A DNA stretch of 64,000 nucleotides from Betaproteobacteria bacterium (GTDB taxonomy: Bacteria > Pseudomonadota > Gammaproteobacteria > Burkholderiales > Burkholderiaceae_C): positions 5,985 to 69,984 of the forward strand of contig VGHB01000013.1 in NCBI GenBank assembly GCA_016868355.1, read 5' to 3'. A program made the translations under genes and the position numbers. The notes below the pieces were generated by a model. That model saw nothing but the letters and a program-made list of their open reading frames with translations. It was not told the origin of the DNA and searched no databases. Each line of letters begins with the position of its first letter. Position 1 is the first letter of the stretch. Shown here piece after piece: positions 36,231 to 44,737 of the stretch.

Positions 36231-37478
36231 ATGGCGCTGAATTTCATTTGGATCGGCTTCATCCTCATTGGCTTTGCCGTAGCGGCGGTCAAGGTGGCCA
36301 TGGGGCAAACAGCCCTGTTTGGCCAAATGCTCAGCGGGCTGTTTGACATGGCCAAGACGGGCTTTGACATCTCACTGGGCCTGGTGGGAGTGATGACGCT
36401 GTGGCTGGGCATCATGAAGATCGGCGAGCAGGCCGGCGTCATCCAATTATTTGCGCGCGGCGTGGCGCCGTTCTTCCGCCGCATCTTTCCCGGCATTCCA
36501 CCGGGCCACCCGGCCAGCGGCAGCATTGCGATGAATGCATCGGCCAACATGCTGGGGTTGGACAACGCAGCCACCCCATTGGGTCTGAAGGCCATGCGCG
36601 AGCTTCAGGAGATCAACACCGACAAGTCGGTAGCCTCCGACCCCATGATCATGTTTCTGGTGCTCAACACGGCTGGCATCACCTTGATTCCCGCTTCTGT
36701 GATCGCCATCCGCCAAAGCTTGGCAGCCGAACAAGGGCTGAGCAACTTCAACGGCGCCGACATCTTTTTGCCCACCCTGATCGGTACCTTCATCTCGTTC
36801 ACCGCAGGCCTGCTGGCCGTGGCCTGGGTGCAGCGCATCAAGCTGCTGTGCGCACCGGTGCTGGCCTTCTTTGGCGGCTTTGCGGCCCTGATGGGCGTGC
36901 TGTACCTGTGGCTGTCCGGTATGCCGGCAGCTCAAATGGCACAGTCGATTTCGGTCCTGGGCAGCGGCATCATTTTGGCCATCATCGTCACCTTCGTTGC
37001 GGTCGGTGCGCTAAGGCGCGTGAATGTTTATGAAGCCTTTGTGGACGGTGCCAAGGAAGGCTTTGGGGTGGCGGTGCAGATCATTCCCTACCTGGTGGCC
37101 ATGCTGGCGGCCATCTCTGTGTTTCGCAGCAGCGGCTGCATGGACTATCTGGTGCAGGGCATTGGTGCGGGTGTGCGGGCCCTGGGGCTGGACGACCAGT
37201 TCGTGCCCGCACTGCCCGTGGGCTTGATGAAGACCATGTCGGGCAGCGGCGCACGCGGCCTGATGGTCGATGTGCTCAAGACCTATGGCGTGGACTCTTT
37301 TGAGGGGCGACTGGCCAGCATCATTCAGGGGTCTACCGAAACCACCTTCTATGTGTTGGCGGTGTACTTTGGCAGCGTGGGAATCAAGAAGACGCGCCAT
37401 GCCCTGGGCTGCGCGCTGACCGCCGACGCCGTGGGTTTGATCGGCGCCATCATTGTCGGATATGCGTTTTACGGCTGA
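36231..37478 (+). CDS. Fused SpmA/SpmB-like nucleoside-recognition (Gate) domain membrane protein
   Basis: The ATG at 36231 gives MALNFIWIGFILIGFAVAAVKV.. Two Gate-like halves in ~415 aa, including GVMTLWLGIMKIGEQAGVIQLFARGVAPFFRRIFPGIP. The architecture matches fused spore-maturation-protein A/B homologs. Confidence 0.65.
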   Translation: MALNFIWIGFILIGFAVAAVKVAMGQTALFGQMLSGLFDMAKTGFDISLGLVGVMTLWLGIMKIGEQAGVIQLFARGVAPFFRRIFPGIPPGHPASGSIAMNASANMLGLDNAATPLGLKAMRELQEINTDKSVASDPMIMFLVLNTAGITLIPASVIAIRQSLAAEQGLSNFNGADIFLPTLIGTFISFTAGLLAVAWVQRIKLLCAPVLAFFGGFAALMGVLYLWLSGMPAAQMAQSISVLGSGIILAIIVTFVAVGALRRVNVYEAFVDGAKEGFGVAVQIIPYLVAMLAAISVFRSSGCMDYLVQGIGAGVRALGLDDQFVPALPVGLMKTMSGSGARGLMVDVLKTYGVDSFEGRLASIIQGSTETTFYVLAVYFGSVGIKKTRHALGCALTADAVGLIGAIIVGYAFYG

Positions 37479-37517
37479 ACGGCGCAGCCAGCTGGGTTGA
37501 AGGGCAGGACCACCGGC

Positions 37518-38771
37518 ATGCGAACGTTCACACACGCTGAACTGGCCCACGCCCTTTGCGACGGTCTTCAAGCCAGCCTTGGCCAAGCTCCGGCCTTTGA
37601 CCCGTCGCCGACCATTGATTTGGCGGTGGTGGCCTTTGCGCCGGGTGCGCCCGCGGTGTGGGCCAATGCGCTGTGCACTCGAGGCCATGCGGCCCCCGTG
37701 GTGGCAGACATCGGCCCGGATGCCTCCAGTGTTCGGGGCATACGCTATTGGGCCGACCCGACCGACGATCAGCGGCGCTCCATCGCATGGCTGCCCGGGT
37801 CCGACTGGCGGAAGCTCGATGGCCTGCAAAGCCTGTACGGCAGCGGCCCCGTGGAGTCGATTGCCCCCTACCCGGCTTCGCTGATCAAGTTGATGGTGGC
37901 CGTTGGCGTAGGCCTGTTGGTGGATCGCAACCGGGCTCAATGGAGCGAAGCCTGGGCTTGGGGTGGCCGCACACGAACCGTGCTTCAGTGGACCGACGGC
38001 ATGGTCACCGAAAGCCGCAACGAGGACACCAGCGCCTTGGTGGCCTTGCTACATGTGCGGGGCCTGATCAAAACTCCGCATTCAGGTGATCACGCCCAGG
38101 CCGGCCGCCAAGTTGCCCCTGCTGGGGTGAACCGGCTGCACGATGTGTTTCGGGCGTACGGCTTGCCCACTTTGCGTCTGGACCGCACGCGCGCTGATGG
38201 GGGCTGGCTCAACCAAGACGGTTCAGGCGTGGGCCACCTGCAGATGACCGCCTGGGATACCGCACGGCTGCTGTGGTTGATGCTGCCGGCGGTGATGCCC
38301 GCGTGCCCTGCGCCTGCCTGGCTGCCGGCCCAAACGCCCGCCCTGCTGCAGCCACACACCGCCCGTGTCCTGTGGCAACTGCTGGACGACCAGGCGCTGC
38401 ATGAGGTGTTGTCGTCCTCGGTCAGCGTAGGCATGCCCGGGTGGAGGCCCGGCATCCCGGCCGCGGTACCCGAGCGTTGGGTGATGCCCAACGGGCGCGT
38501 GGCCGCGGCCGACCGACAGTGGCCGGGAGACACCCGCGCCGTGCATGCACAAGCCCAGGTGAAGTTCGCCCACAAGACGGGCACGACCGAGAACTATGCC
38601 TCAGACGCAGGTTGGGTGCGCAGCCTGCGCCCCGGTGGGCGGCAGTACCTGGTGGCGATGCTGTCGACGCTGGGATCGCGCCATGCACCCCAGCCCGGTT
38701 TGGCCACCGATTGGTGCATTCCAGCCCTGGGCGCACGCATCGATGCCTGGCTTGCCGATCGGCTTGGTTAG
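37518..38771 (+). CDS. Class-A-beta-lactamase-like / DD-peptidase-fold serine hydrolase
   Basis: ATG at 37518 (the track start at 37497 is a TTG). SxxK in YPASLIKLMVAVG, SxN-like ESRNED, KTG in FAHKTGTTENY. Lies 39 nt downstream of the SpmAB-like gene. Confidence 0.6.
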   Translation: MRTFTHAELAHALCDGLQASLGQAPAFDPSPTIDLAVVAFAPGAPAVWANALCTRGHAAPVVADIGPDASSVRGIRYWADPTDDQRRSIAWLPGSDWRKLDGLQSLYGSGPVESIAPYPASLIKLMVAVGVGLLVDRNRAQWSEAWAWGGRTRTVLQWTDGMVTESRNEDTSALVALLHVRGLIKTPHSGDHAQAGRQVAPAGVNRLHDVFRAYGLPTLRLDRTRADGGWLNQDGSGVGHLQMTAWDTARLLWLMLPAVMPACPAPAWLPAQTPALLQPHTARVLWQLLDDQALHEVLSSSVSVGMPGWRPGIPAAVPERWVMPNGRVAAADRQWPGDTRAVHAQAQVKFAHKTGTTENYASDAGWVRSLRPGGRQYLVAMLSTLGSRHAPQPGLATDWCIPALGARIDAWLADRLG

Positions 38772-38902
38772 GCGCGCGCCGCCAGGCTGCTTGGGTTGAC
38801 CCTCTGTGCCTTTCTGGCAACACCCAGGCCTCGTGTTTTCCCGAGTGCAGGGTGCCGCGAACAGCAGATTGCGCGAGGATCAATGCCCCACCTGTCAGCC
38901 TT

Positions 38903-38919
38903 CATAACCAAAGGTTATG
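38903..38919. promoter_or_regulatory. Perfect dyad CATAACC-AAA-GGTTATG containing a T-N11-A LysR-type box
   Basis: Read directly at 38903-38919, about 140 nt upstream of the TonB-dependent receptor ATG (39059). A LysR-family gene lies in the same gene string at 41949. Confidence 0.4.
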
Positions 38920-39058
38920 GTGTAGGTCGGATTCGTCAGCTTGCCCTGACCACTGACCGCTGGCCACTGGCCGGTACGCCGGCGCGCCGGTACGCTACAG
39001 TCTCCGACAACTCTACAACCATGGCCGTTCGCGGCGTGCCCCGTTCAGGAGATACCCC

Positions 39059-41929
39059 ATGAAACTCAAGCCGATCGCACAAACACTGGCTGCCCTCAGC
39101 CTCATCTCGCCCGTTCTGGCGCAACAGGCAGCCGAACAACGGGTGGAGATCACCGGCTCGAGCATCAAACGCCTGGCCAGCGAAGGCGCCCTGCCCGTAC
39201 AGGTCATCACCCGTGCCGAGATCGAACAGCAGGGCCTGACCAGCACCGAGCAGGTGATCCTGTGGTTGTCCACCAACGGCAACGGTTTAGATAACCTGGC
39301 CTCCAACGCCGACGTGGTGGGCGGTGCCCAACGGGGCAACAACGGTGCCACCAGCGCCAACCTGCGCGGCCAAGGCAGCAACGCCACCTTGATTTTGTTG
39401 AACGGCCGGCGTGTGGCCGCGCACGGTCTGAACGGCGGCGTGGTCGACCTGAACCAGGTTCCAATAGCCGCCATCCAGCGCATTGAAGTGCTCAAGGACG
39501 GCGCCAGTTCGATCTACGGTACCGACGCCATCGGCGGCGTGATCAACTTCATCCTGCGCACCGACTACCGCGGGGCCTCGATTCAGGGCACCAGCGACGT
39601 CACGCAGGCCGGTGGTGGCAACATCTACCGTGCTTCGGTGGTCGCCGGCACCGGTGACCTCAGCCGAGATGGCTACAACCTGATGGCGGTTTTGGCGCGG
39701 CGCGAGCACCAGGCCCTGCGTGGCGACCAACGCGACTTTGTCAACACCTTTCAGCCCAACCGAGGCTTGAGCGTGGACACCCGCGGCACACCGTTTGCCA
39801 CCATCTTCCCCTTGGCCGGCACCCTATTCCCCGCCGCCACATCTTTCCCCTTCGTACCCGGCAGCACCACGGTGCGGGCCTCGGGTGGACTGAATGTGCT
39901 GGACCTGCCGGGTGCCGAAGGATGCGGCTCGATCACCGGCCAAGCACCCTACGACGCCCTGTTGTGGAACGTGCCCACGGCCGCCCTGGCTTGCGCCTGG
40001 GACACTGGCCGCGCGGCGGTGCTGCAACAACCCATCAGCGGCACCAACCTGGTGGCACGCGCCACCTTCAAGTTGGGTGAGCACCAGTTGGCCGCCGAGT
40101 TCACCGGCAGCCAAACCGAGTCGGCCAAGCGTTTTTCGAACGTACAGTTGACGCCCAACACCACAACTCAACAGCTTCGCTTCCCCCGCAACGCTGCCTC
40201 GCAGGCAGCCTATGACGCGGTCTTCAATCGCTTGCGGTCGGCCTTCCCGAGCCAGATCACCGAGGCGCAGCGCGGCCAGTCGCTTGCCTACCGCTGGCGT
40301 TGCATGGAGTGCGGCCCGCGTGAACTGGAAACCGACACCACCACACAACGTTGGGCTGTCACCATGGACGGCCCACTGGGCAAAGGGTGGGACTACCGTG
40401 CAGGCCTGATCCAAGCCACCAGCCAAGCCAAGTCCAAGCTCGGCTCGGGCTACTACTACCGCGGCACCACAGCCACCGGCGCATCCGATGGCGGCCCGGG
40501 CATCATCCCGGCGCTGAACAGCGGGCGCATCAACATCTTCCTGTTCCCCGGTCAGACCCAAAGCGCCGACGGCCTTGCGGCCCTGCAAGAAGCCTCGGCG
40601 GCTGGCGTGGTGCTGTACGGCGGCAAGTTCACCATGCAACAAGCCGACTTCACGGCTTCGGGCCCGGTGGCCAAGTTACCCGCCGGCGAGGTCATGGCCG
40701 CACTGGGGGCCGATGTGCGGCGGGAAGAGTACCGTTTCAATGGCGACGAACGCGACCTGCCTGCCCAGCGCATCATCGTTGCCGCGCCCTTTGACCAGAC
40801 CAACGTGCTTTTGGGCGCCAAACGTGAGGTCAAGGCCCTCTACGGCGAATTGCTGGTGCCCATCACCAAGCAACTGGAAACCACGTTGTCGGCTCGGCGC
40901 GACGACTACACCGGTTTTGGTGTCACCACCAATCCCAAGGTGTCGGCCCGCTGGAAGCCTTTTCAACAGTTCCTGGGCCGTGGCTCCTACAGCACCGGGT
41001 TCCGGGTGCCCACCTTCAACCAACTCTACAACGGCTCGGCCGAGTCACTGTTCACCGGCACCACGCTGGTGGACCCCAAGACCTGCCCCGGCGGTCGCCC
41101 GAACACCACCGATCCTGGCTGCGCGTTCATTGACCGTGCCGCCAACATCATCAACGGTGGCAAGCCTGACCTCGGCCCCGAAGAGGCCAAGATGGGTTCC
41201 GTGGGCTTCATCGTCGAGCCCAGCGCCAATCTGAGCATCGGACTGGACTGGTGGTCCATCCGCCGCGAGGGCACGATCCAAATCCTGTCACTGACCCAGC
41301 TGATCGACAACTACAAGCTTTTCCCCGAGCGCTTCATTCGGGATGGGGCCGGCAAGATCATCGCGGTCGACCAACGCTGGATCAACGCCGGCGAGACCGA
41401 AACCTCGGGTGTTGAGGTGACCCTGCGCAGTGGCTTCATGGCGATGGACGCACGCTGGACCGCCGGGTTGGACGGCACCTATTTGCTCAAGAAGCGTTCG
41501 CGCGTGGTGCCCTCTGCGGCCTGGAGCGCCAGCGAAGTCGGCCAATTCAGCTTTGCCGGTGACTTGGGGCTGCGTTGGAAGCACAGCGCCTTCCTCACCC
41601 GCAGCAAGGGCTCATGGGTCAGCACCATTTCGCAGGTCTTCCGCAGCGGCTACAACGACCAGGTGCTGCCCGGCGTGGCCGCTGGCGCCGTCACGCCGCC
41701 CGATTGGAAGAGCCGTGTGGACAGCTACACCACCTACAACATGGCGCTGACCTACACCGGCATCAAGAACCTGCGGGTGACCGGCCTGATCAAGAATGTG
41801 TTCGACCGTGACCCGCCGTTTGCCATCACCTATGACAGCAACTTCGGCTCGGGCAGCTCGTGGGAGCCCCGTGTTACAGACCCGCGCGGCCGTGCCTTCG
41901 TGGTCAGCTTCGATTACAGGTTCCGCTGA
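39059..41929 (+). CDS. TonB-dependent receptor
   Basis: 956 aa. GGAG upstream of the ATG. Signal MKLKPIAQTLAALSLISPVLAQ. Plug VEITGSSIKRLASEGALPVQVITRAEIEQQGLTS .. ANLRGQGSNATLILLNGRR. C-terminal RAFVVSFDYRFR. Confidence 0.9.
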   Translation: MKLKPIAQTLAALSLISPVLAQQAAEQRVEITGSSIKRLASEGALPVQVITRAEIEQQGLTSTEQVILWLSTNGNGLDNLASNADVVGGAQRGNNGATSANLRGQGSNATLILLNGRRVAAHGLNGGVVDLNQVPIAAIQRIEVLKDGASSIYGTDAIGGVINFILRTDYRGASIQGTSDVTQAGGGNIYRASVVAGTGDLSRDGYNLMAVLARREHQALRGDQRDFVNTFQPNRGLSVDTRGTPFATIFPLAGTLFPAATSFPFVPGSTTVRASGGLNVLDLPGAEGCGSITGQAPYDALLWNVPTAALACAWDTGRAAVLQQPISGTNLVARATFKLGEHQLAAEFTGSQTESAKRFSNVQLTPNTTTQQLRFPRNAASQAAYDAVFNRLRSAFPSQITEAQRGQSLAYRWRCMECGPRELETDTTTQRWAVTMDGPLGKGWDYRAGLIQATSQAKSKLGSGYYYRGTTATGASDGGPGIIPALNSGRINIFLFPGQTQSADGLAALQEASAAGVVLYGGKFTMQQADFTASGPVAKLPAGEVMAALGADVRREEYRFNGDERDLPAQRIIVAAPFDQTNVLLGAKREVKALYGELLVPITKQLETTLSARRDDYTGFGVTTNPKVSARWKPFQQFLGRGSYSTGFRVPTFNQLYNGSAESLFTGTTLVDPKTCPGGRPNTTDPGCAFIDRAANIINGGKPDLGPEEAKMGSVGFIVEPSANLSIGLDWWSIRREGTIQILSLTQLIDNYKLFPERFIRDGAGKIIAVDQRWINAGETETSGVEVTLRSGFMAMDARWTAGLDGTYLLKKRSRVVPSAAWSASEVGQFSFAGDLGLRWKHSAFLTRSKGSWVSTISQVFRSGYNDQVLPGVAAGAVTPPDWKSRVDSYTTYNMALTYTGIKNLRVTGLIKNVFDRDPPFAITYDSNFGSGSSWEPRVTDPRGRAFVVSFDYRFR

Positions 41930-41948
41930 GATCGGTTGAGCCGCCAAG

Positions 41949-42902
41949 GTGAGGCTACGCCACCTTGAGGTCTTTCATGCTGTGATGCGCGCTGGCACCG
42001 TCAGTGGTGCCGCGCGTCTGCTGCACATCTCGCAGCCGGCGGTCAGCAAGGTGCTGCAGCATGCGGAAGCCCAACTGGGCCTGACCTTGTTCGAACGGGT
42101 GGCGGGGAAGTTTCACCCCACGCCTGAAGCGCGCCGCTTGTTCGCCGAGGTGGACAAGCTGCACGCTGAGTTGATGTCGATACGGCGCCTGGCCGTCAAC
42201 CTCAAGAGCGGGCCGCAGCAGCGGGTGCGGCTGTCGGTGACGCCGGCCTTGGGTGCCACCGTCGTGCCTTTGGCCGTAGCGCGTTGGTCCCGCAGCTTTG
42301 CTTCTGGCCACTGCGAACTGGCCACCCACCACACGCGCGAACTGGTCCAAGCCTTGATCCTGTCAGAGCTGGATCTGGGCCTGACGCTGCAAGACCCGCA
42401 GCACCCTGGAGTGCATGCAGAGGTGCTCACCCGAGCGCCGATGATGGCCCTGCTGCCGGCGCGTGGGGCCGCTCTGCGCGCCCGCACCGCGGTGCGCCTG
42501 GAGTCCCTGCCCCGTCACTTGATTGGCCTGTCACCGCAAGACCCACTGGGCCTGAGGCTCACGGCCGAATGTGAGGCACTGGGCCTGTCGCTGCAGCCGC
42601 AGGTTTCGGTGCAGACCTATCAGCTGGCGCGGCAGTTGGCGGAGGCCGGCGTGGGTACCGCCATCGTGGACCCGTTCACCGCAGCACAGGCCGATCGTGG
42701 TCGGGTGGCGGTTCGGCCCGTTGAGCCCTTGATCACCGTTCCCCTGGTCCTGTTGACCCCAGTGGCCGCCCCGCTGTCGCAGCCCGCGCGGCGCTTGGTG
42801 CAGGAGCTGCGCCAGTCGGCCAGTGTCTGTCTGCATGAGGCCGGCATTGCCGAAGTTGCCGAGCCCGGCTCGGCAGCCGAGCGGCGTGCACGGACGCGTT
42901 GA
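41949..42902 (+). CDS. LysR-family transcriptional regulator
   Basis: 317 aa. HTH (M)RLRHLEVFHAVMRAGTVSGAARLLHISQPAVSKVLQHAE. Confidence 0.9.
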   Translation: MRLRHLEVFHAVMRAGTVSGAARLLHISQPAVSKVLQHAEAQLGLTLFERVAGKFHPTPEARRLFAEVDKLHAELMSIRRLAVNLKSGPQQRVRLSVTPALGATVVPLAVARWSRSFASGHCELATHHTRELVQALILSELDLGLTLQDPQHPGVHAEVLTRAPMMALLPARGAALRARTAVRLESLPRHLIGLSPQDPLGLRLTAECEALGLSLQPQVSVQTYQLARQLAEAGVGTAIVDPFTAAQADRGRVAVRPVEPLITVPLVLLTPVAAPLSQPARRLVQELRQSASVCLHEAGIAEVAEPGSAAERRARTR

Positions 42903-42917
42903 TCACCGCCTGCAGCC

Positions 42918-43577
42918 ATGACCCCACACCCGAGCGCTTCTGGACCCGCCCGCGAGCCTGAGCCGGTGGCACCCACGCTGACCTGCGAAACCATAGGGCG
43001 GCACGCCGACTTTGTGCACCTGTCCACCGTCCCCGGCATTGCTGTGGACATCCGCTACGCCAGCGAGTCCAACTTTGCCGGGCGCAGTCTGTACAAGGGA
43101 CTGGACTGCGCTTGGCTGCGCCGGCCGGCCGCGCAGGGTCTGGCCCGCGCGGCGCAGTGGTTGGCTGCGCAGCGCCCGGGCTACGCGCTGCGGGTGCTGG
43201 ATGCCCTGCGCCCGCAGCGTGTGCAGGAAGCCATTTGGCAAGAGGTGCGCGGCACGCCGATGGCCGCCTACTTTGCCGAGCCTGTGCGCGGCTCGATCCA
43301 CTCATTCGGCATGGCGGTCGACGTGACGCTGTTGAATCCGCAAGGCCTGGAGTGCGATATGGGCAGCCGGTACGACGAAATGAACCGACTCTCTCACCCC
43401 AACCTGGAAGCGCAGCACCTGGCCCTCGGGCACTTGGAGGCCCAGCACTTGGTGGACCGGGGCTGGCTGTATGCGGCCATGGCCCAGGGTGGTTTTGTGG
43501 GCATTTCCACCGAGTGGTGGCACTTCGATCATGGCGATCGCGAACAAGTACGACGGGAGATGCAACGTGTGTGGTGA
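42918..43577 (+). CDS. ddpX: D-alanyl-D-alanine dipeptidase (VanX/DdpX, peptidase M15D), cytoplasmic
   Basis: 219 aa. IAVDIRYASESNFAGRSLY, VLDALRPQRVQ, SIHSFGMAVDVTL and EWWHFD are VanX-family zinc-site blocks. No signal peptide. Confidence 0.8.
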   Translation: MTPHPSASGPAREPEPVAPTLTCETIGRHADFVHLSTVPGIAVDIRYASESNFAGRSLYKGLDCAWLRRPAAQGLARAAQWLAAQRPGYALRVLDALRPQRVQEAIWQEVRGTPMAAYFAEPVRGSIHSFGMAVDVTLLNPQGLECDMGSRYDEMNRLSHPNLEAQHLALGHLEAQHLVDRGWLYAAMAQGGFVGISTEWWHFDHGDREQVRREMQRVW

Positions 43578-44655
43578 GACCGGATCCATCAAGCGCCGTG
43601 CGGTGCTTCAAAAGGCGGCAGCGGTGTGGATGGCCGGTCTCGCTGGCAGTGTGGCCGTGCCCCTGGCCGCAGCGGCCAACCCCAAAGCAGCTGCGGCTTC
43701 GGCACTGCCCTTGATCAAGCCACCGAGGCTGCAAAGCGGTCAAACCATCGGCCTGGTGGCGCCATCGGGTGCCATGCATGAACGGCTGCCGGTGGAGATT
43801 GCCATCGACACCTTGACCGCCCTGGGCTTCAAGGTGAAGGAGTCGCCACATCTGCGGGCGCGGCGCGGCCACTTCGCCGGCACCGATGCGCTGCGCGCTG
43901 CAGCGCTGAACGCCATGTTCAAGGACCCCGATGTACACGGCGTGCTGGCCATCACCGGCGGCTCTGGCGCCAATCGCATCCTGCCCCTGCTGGACTACGC
44001 ACAGTTGCGCCGCACGCCGAAGTTCGTGGGTGGGTTTTCCGACATCACCGCGCTGTTGAATGCGGTGCACAGCCAAACCGGCTTGGTCACCTACCACTGC
44101 CCGGCAGCGGTCTCAGAGTGGAACGAATTCAGCTGGCGGCACTTCAGGGGCGTGGCCATGGAAGGCACGCCGGTGCTCATGCGCAACGAAGCCGACAAGG
44201 GTTCACTGCCGGCCCCGCGCGAGGACCGAACGCTGACCATCCGCCCAGGCGTGGGCCGTGGGCCGCTGTTGGGCGGTAACCTGGCGGTGCTGTCGTCCTT
44301 ATGCGGTTCCGGCTATCTGCGGTCCTTTGACGGTGCCATCCTGTTCCTGGAAGAAGTCAACGAGTTCATCTACCGGGTAGACCGCATGCTGTCGACGCTG
44401 AAGCTGGCCGGGGTGTTGGACCGGCTGTCGGGTGTGATGCTGGGGGCCTTCACCAACTGCACGCCCGGTGATGGCTTCTGGACCCTGACACTGGACGAAG
44501 TATTTGAGGACTACTTCGGCAGCCTGGGGGTTCCGGTGTACCGCGGTGCATCGTTTGGCCACATCAAGCGCAAATTCACCCTGCCGCTGGGCGTGCCCGC
44601 CGAAATTGATGCAGGTGCCGGCACGGTGCGCCTGCTCGAGTCGGCGGTGGCCTGA
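43531..44655 (+). CDS. ldcA: LD-carboxypeptidase (peptidase S66, LdcA-like) with Tat-type signal
   Basis: The S66 core is IGLVAPSGAM .. AITGGSGANRILPLLDY .. FVGGFSDITALL .. SFGHI. The N-terminus GSIKRRAVLQKAAAVWMAGLAGSVAVPLAAAA looks like a twin-arginine signal. The start is ambiguous (ATG 43531, or GTG near 43566); either overlaps the ddpX 3' end. Confidence 0.75.
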   Translation: MAIANKYDGRCNVCGETGSIKRRAVLQKAAAVWMAGLAGSVAVPLAAAANPKAAAASALPLIKPPRLQSGQTIGLVAPSGAMHERLPVEIAIDTLTALGFKVKESPHLRARRGHFAGTDALRAAALNAMFKDPDVHGVLAITGGSGANRILPLLDYAQLRRTPKFVGGFSDITALLNAVHSQTGLVTYHCPAAVSEWNEFSWRHFRGVAMEGTPVLMRNEADKGSLPAPREDRTLTIRPGVGRGPLLGGNLAVLSSLCGSGYLRSFDGAILFLEEVNEFIYRVDRMLSTLKLAGVLDRLSGVMLGAFTNCTPGDGFWTLTLDEVFEDYFGSLGVPVYRGASFGHIKRKFTLPLGVPAEIDAGAGTVRLLESAVA

Positions 44656-44737
44656 ACGCCGCACGGGCCAAGCCGCGCCGGGCCTTCAACTCAACTACAT
44701 CGGGCTTGGGGCTCAGGGCCCAAGGCTCAGCCCTGAA

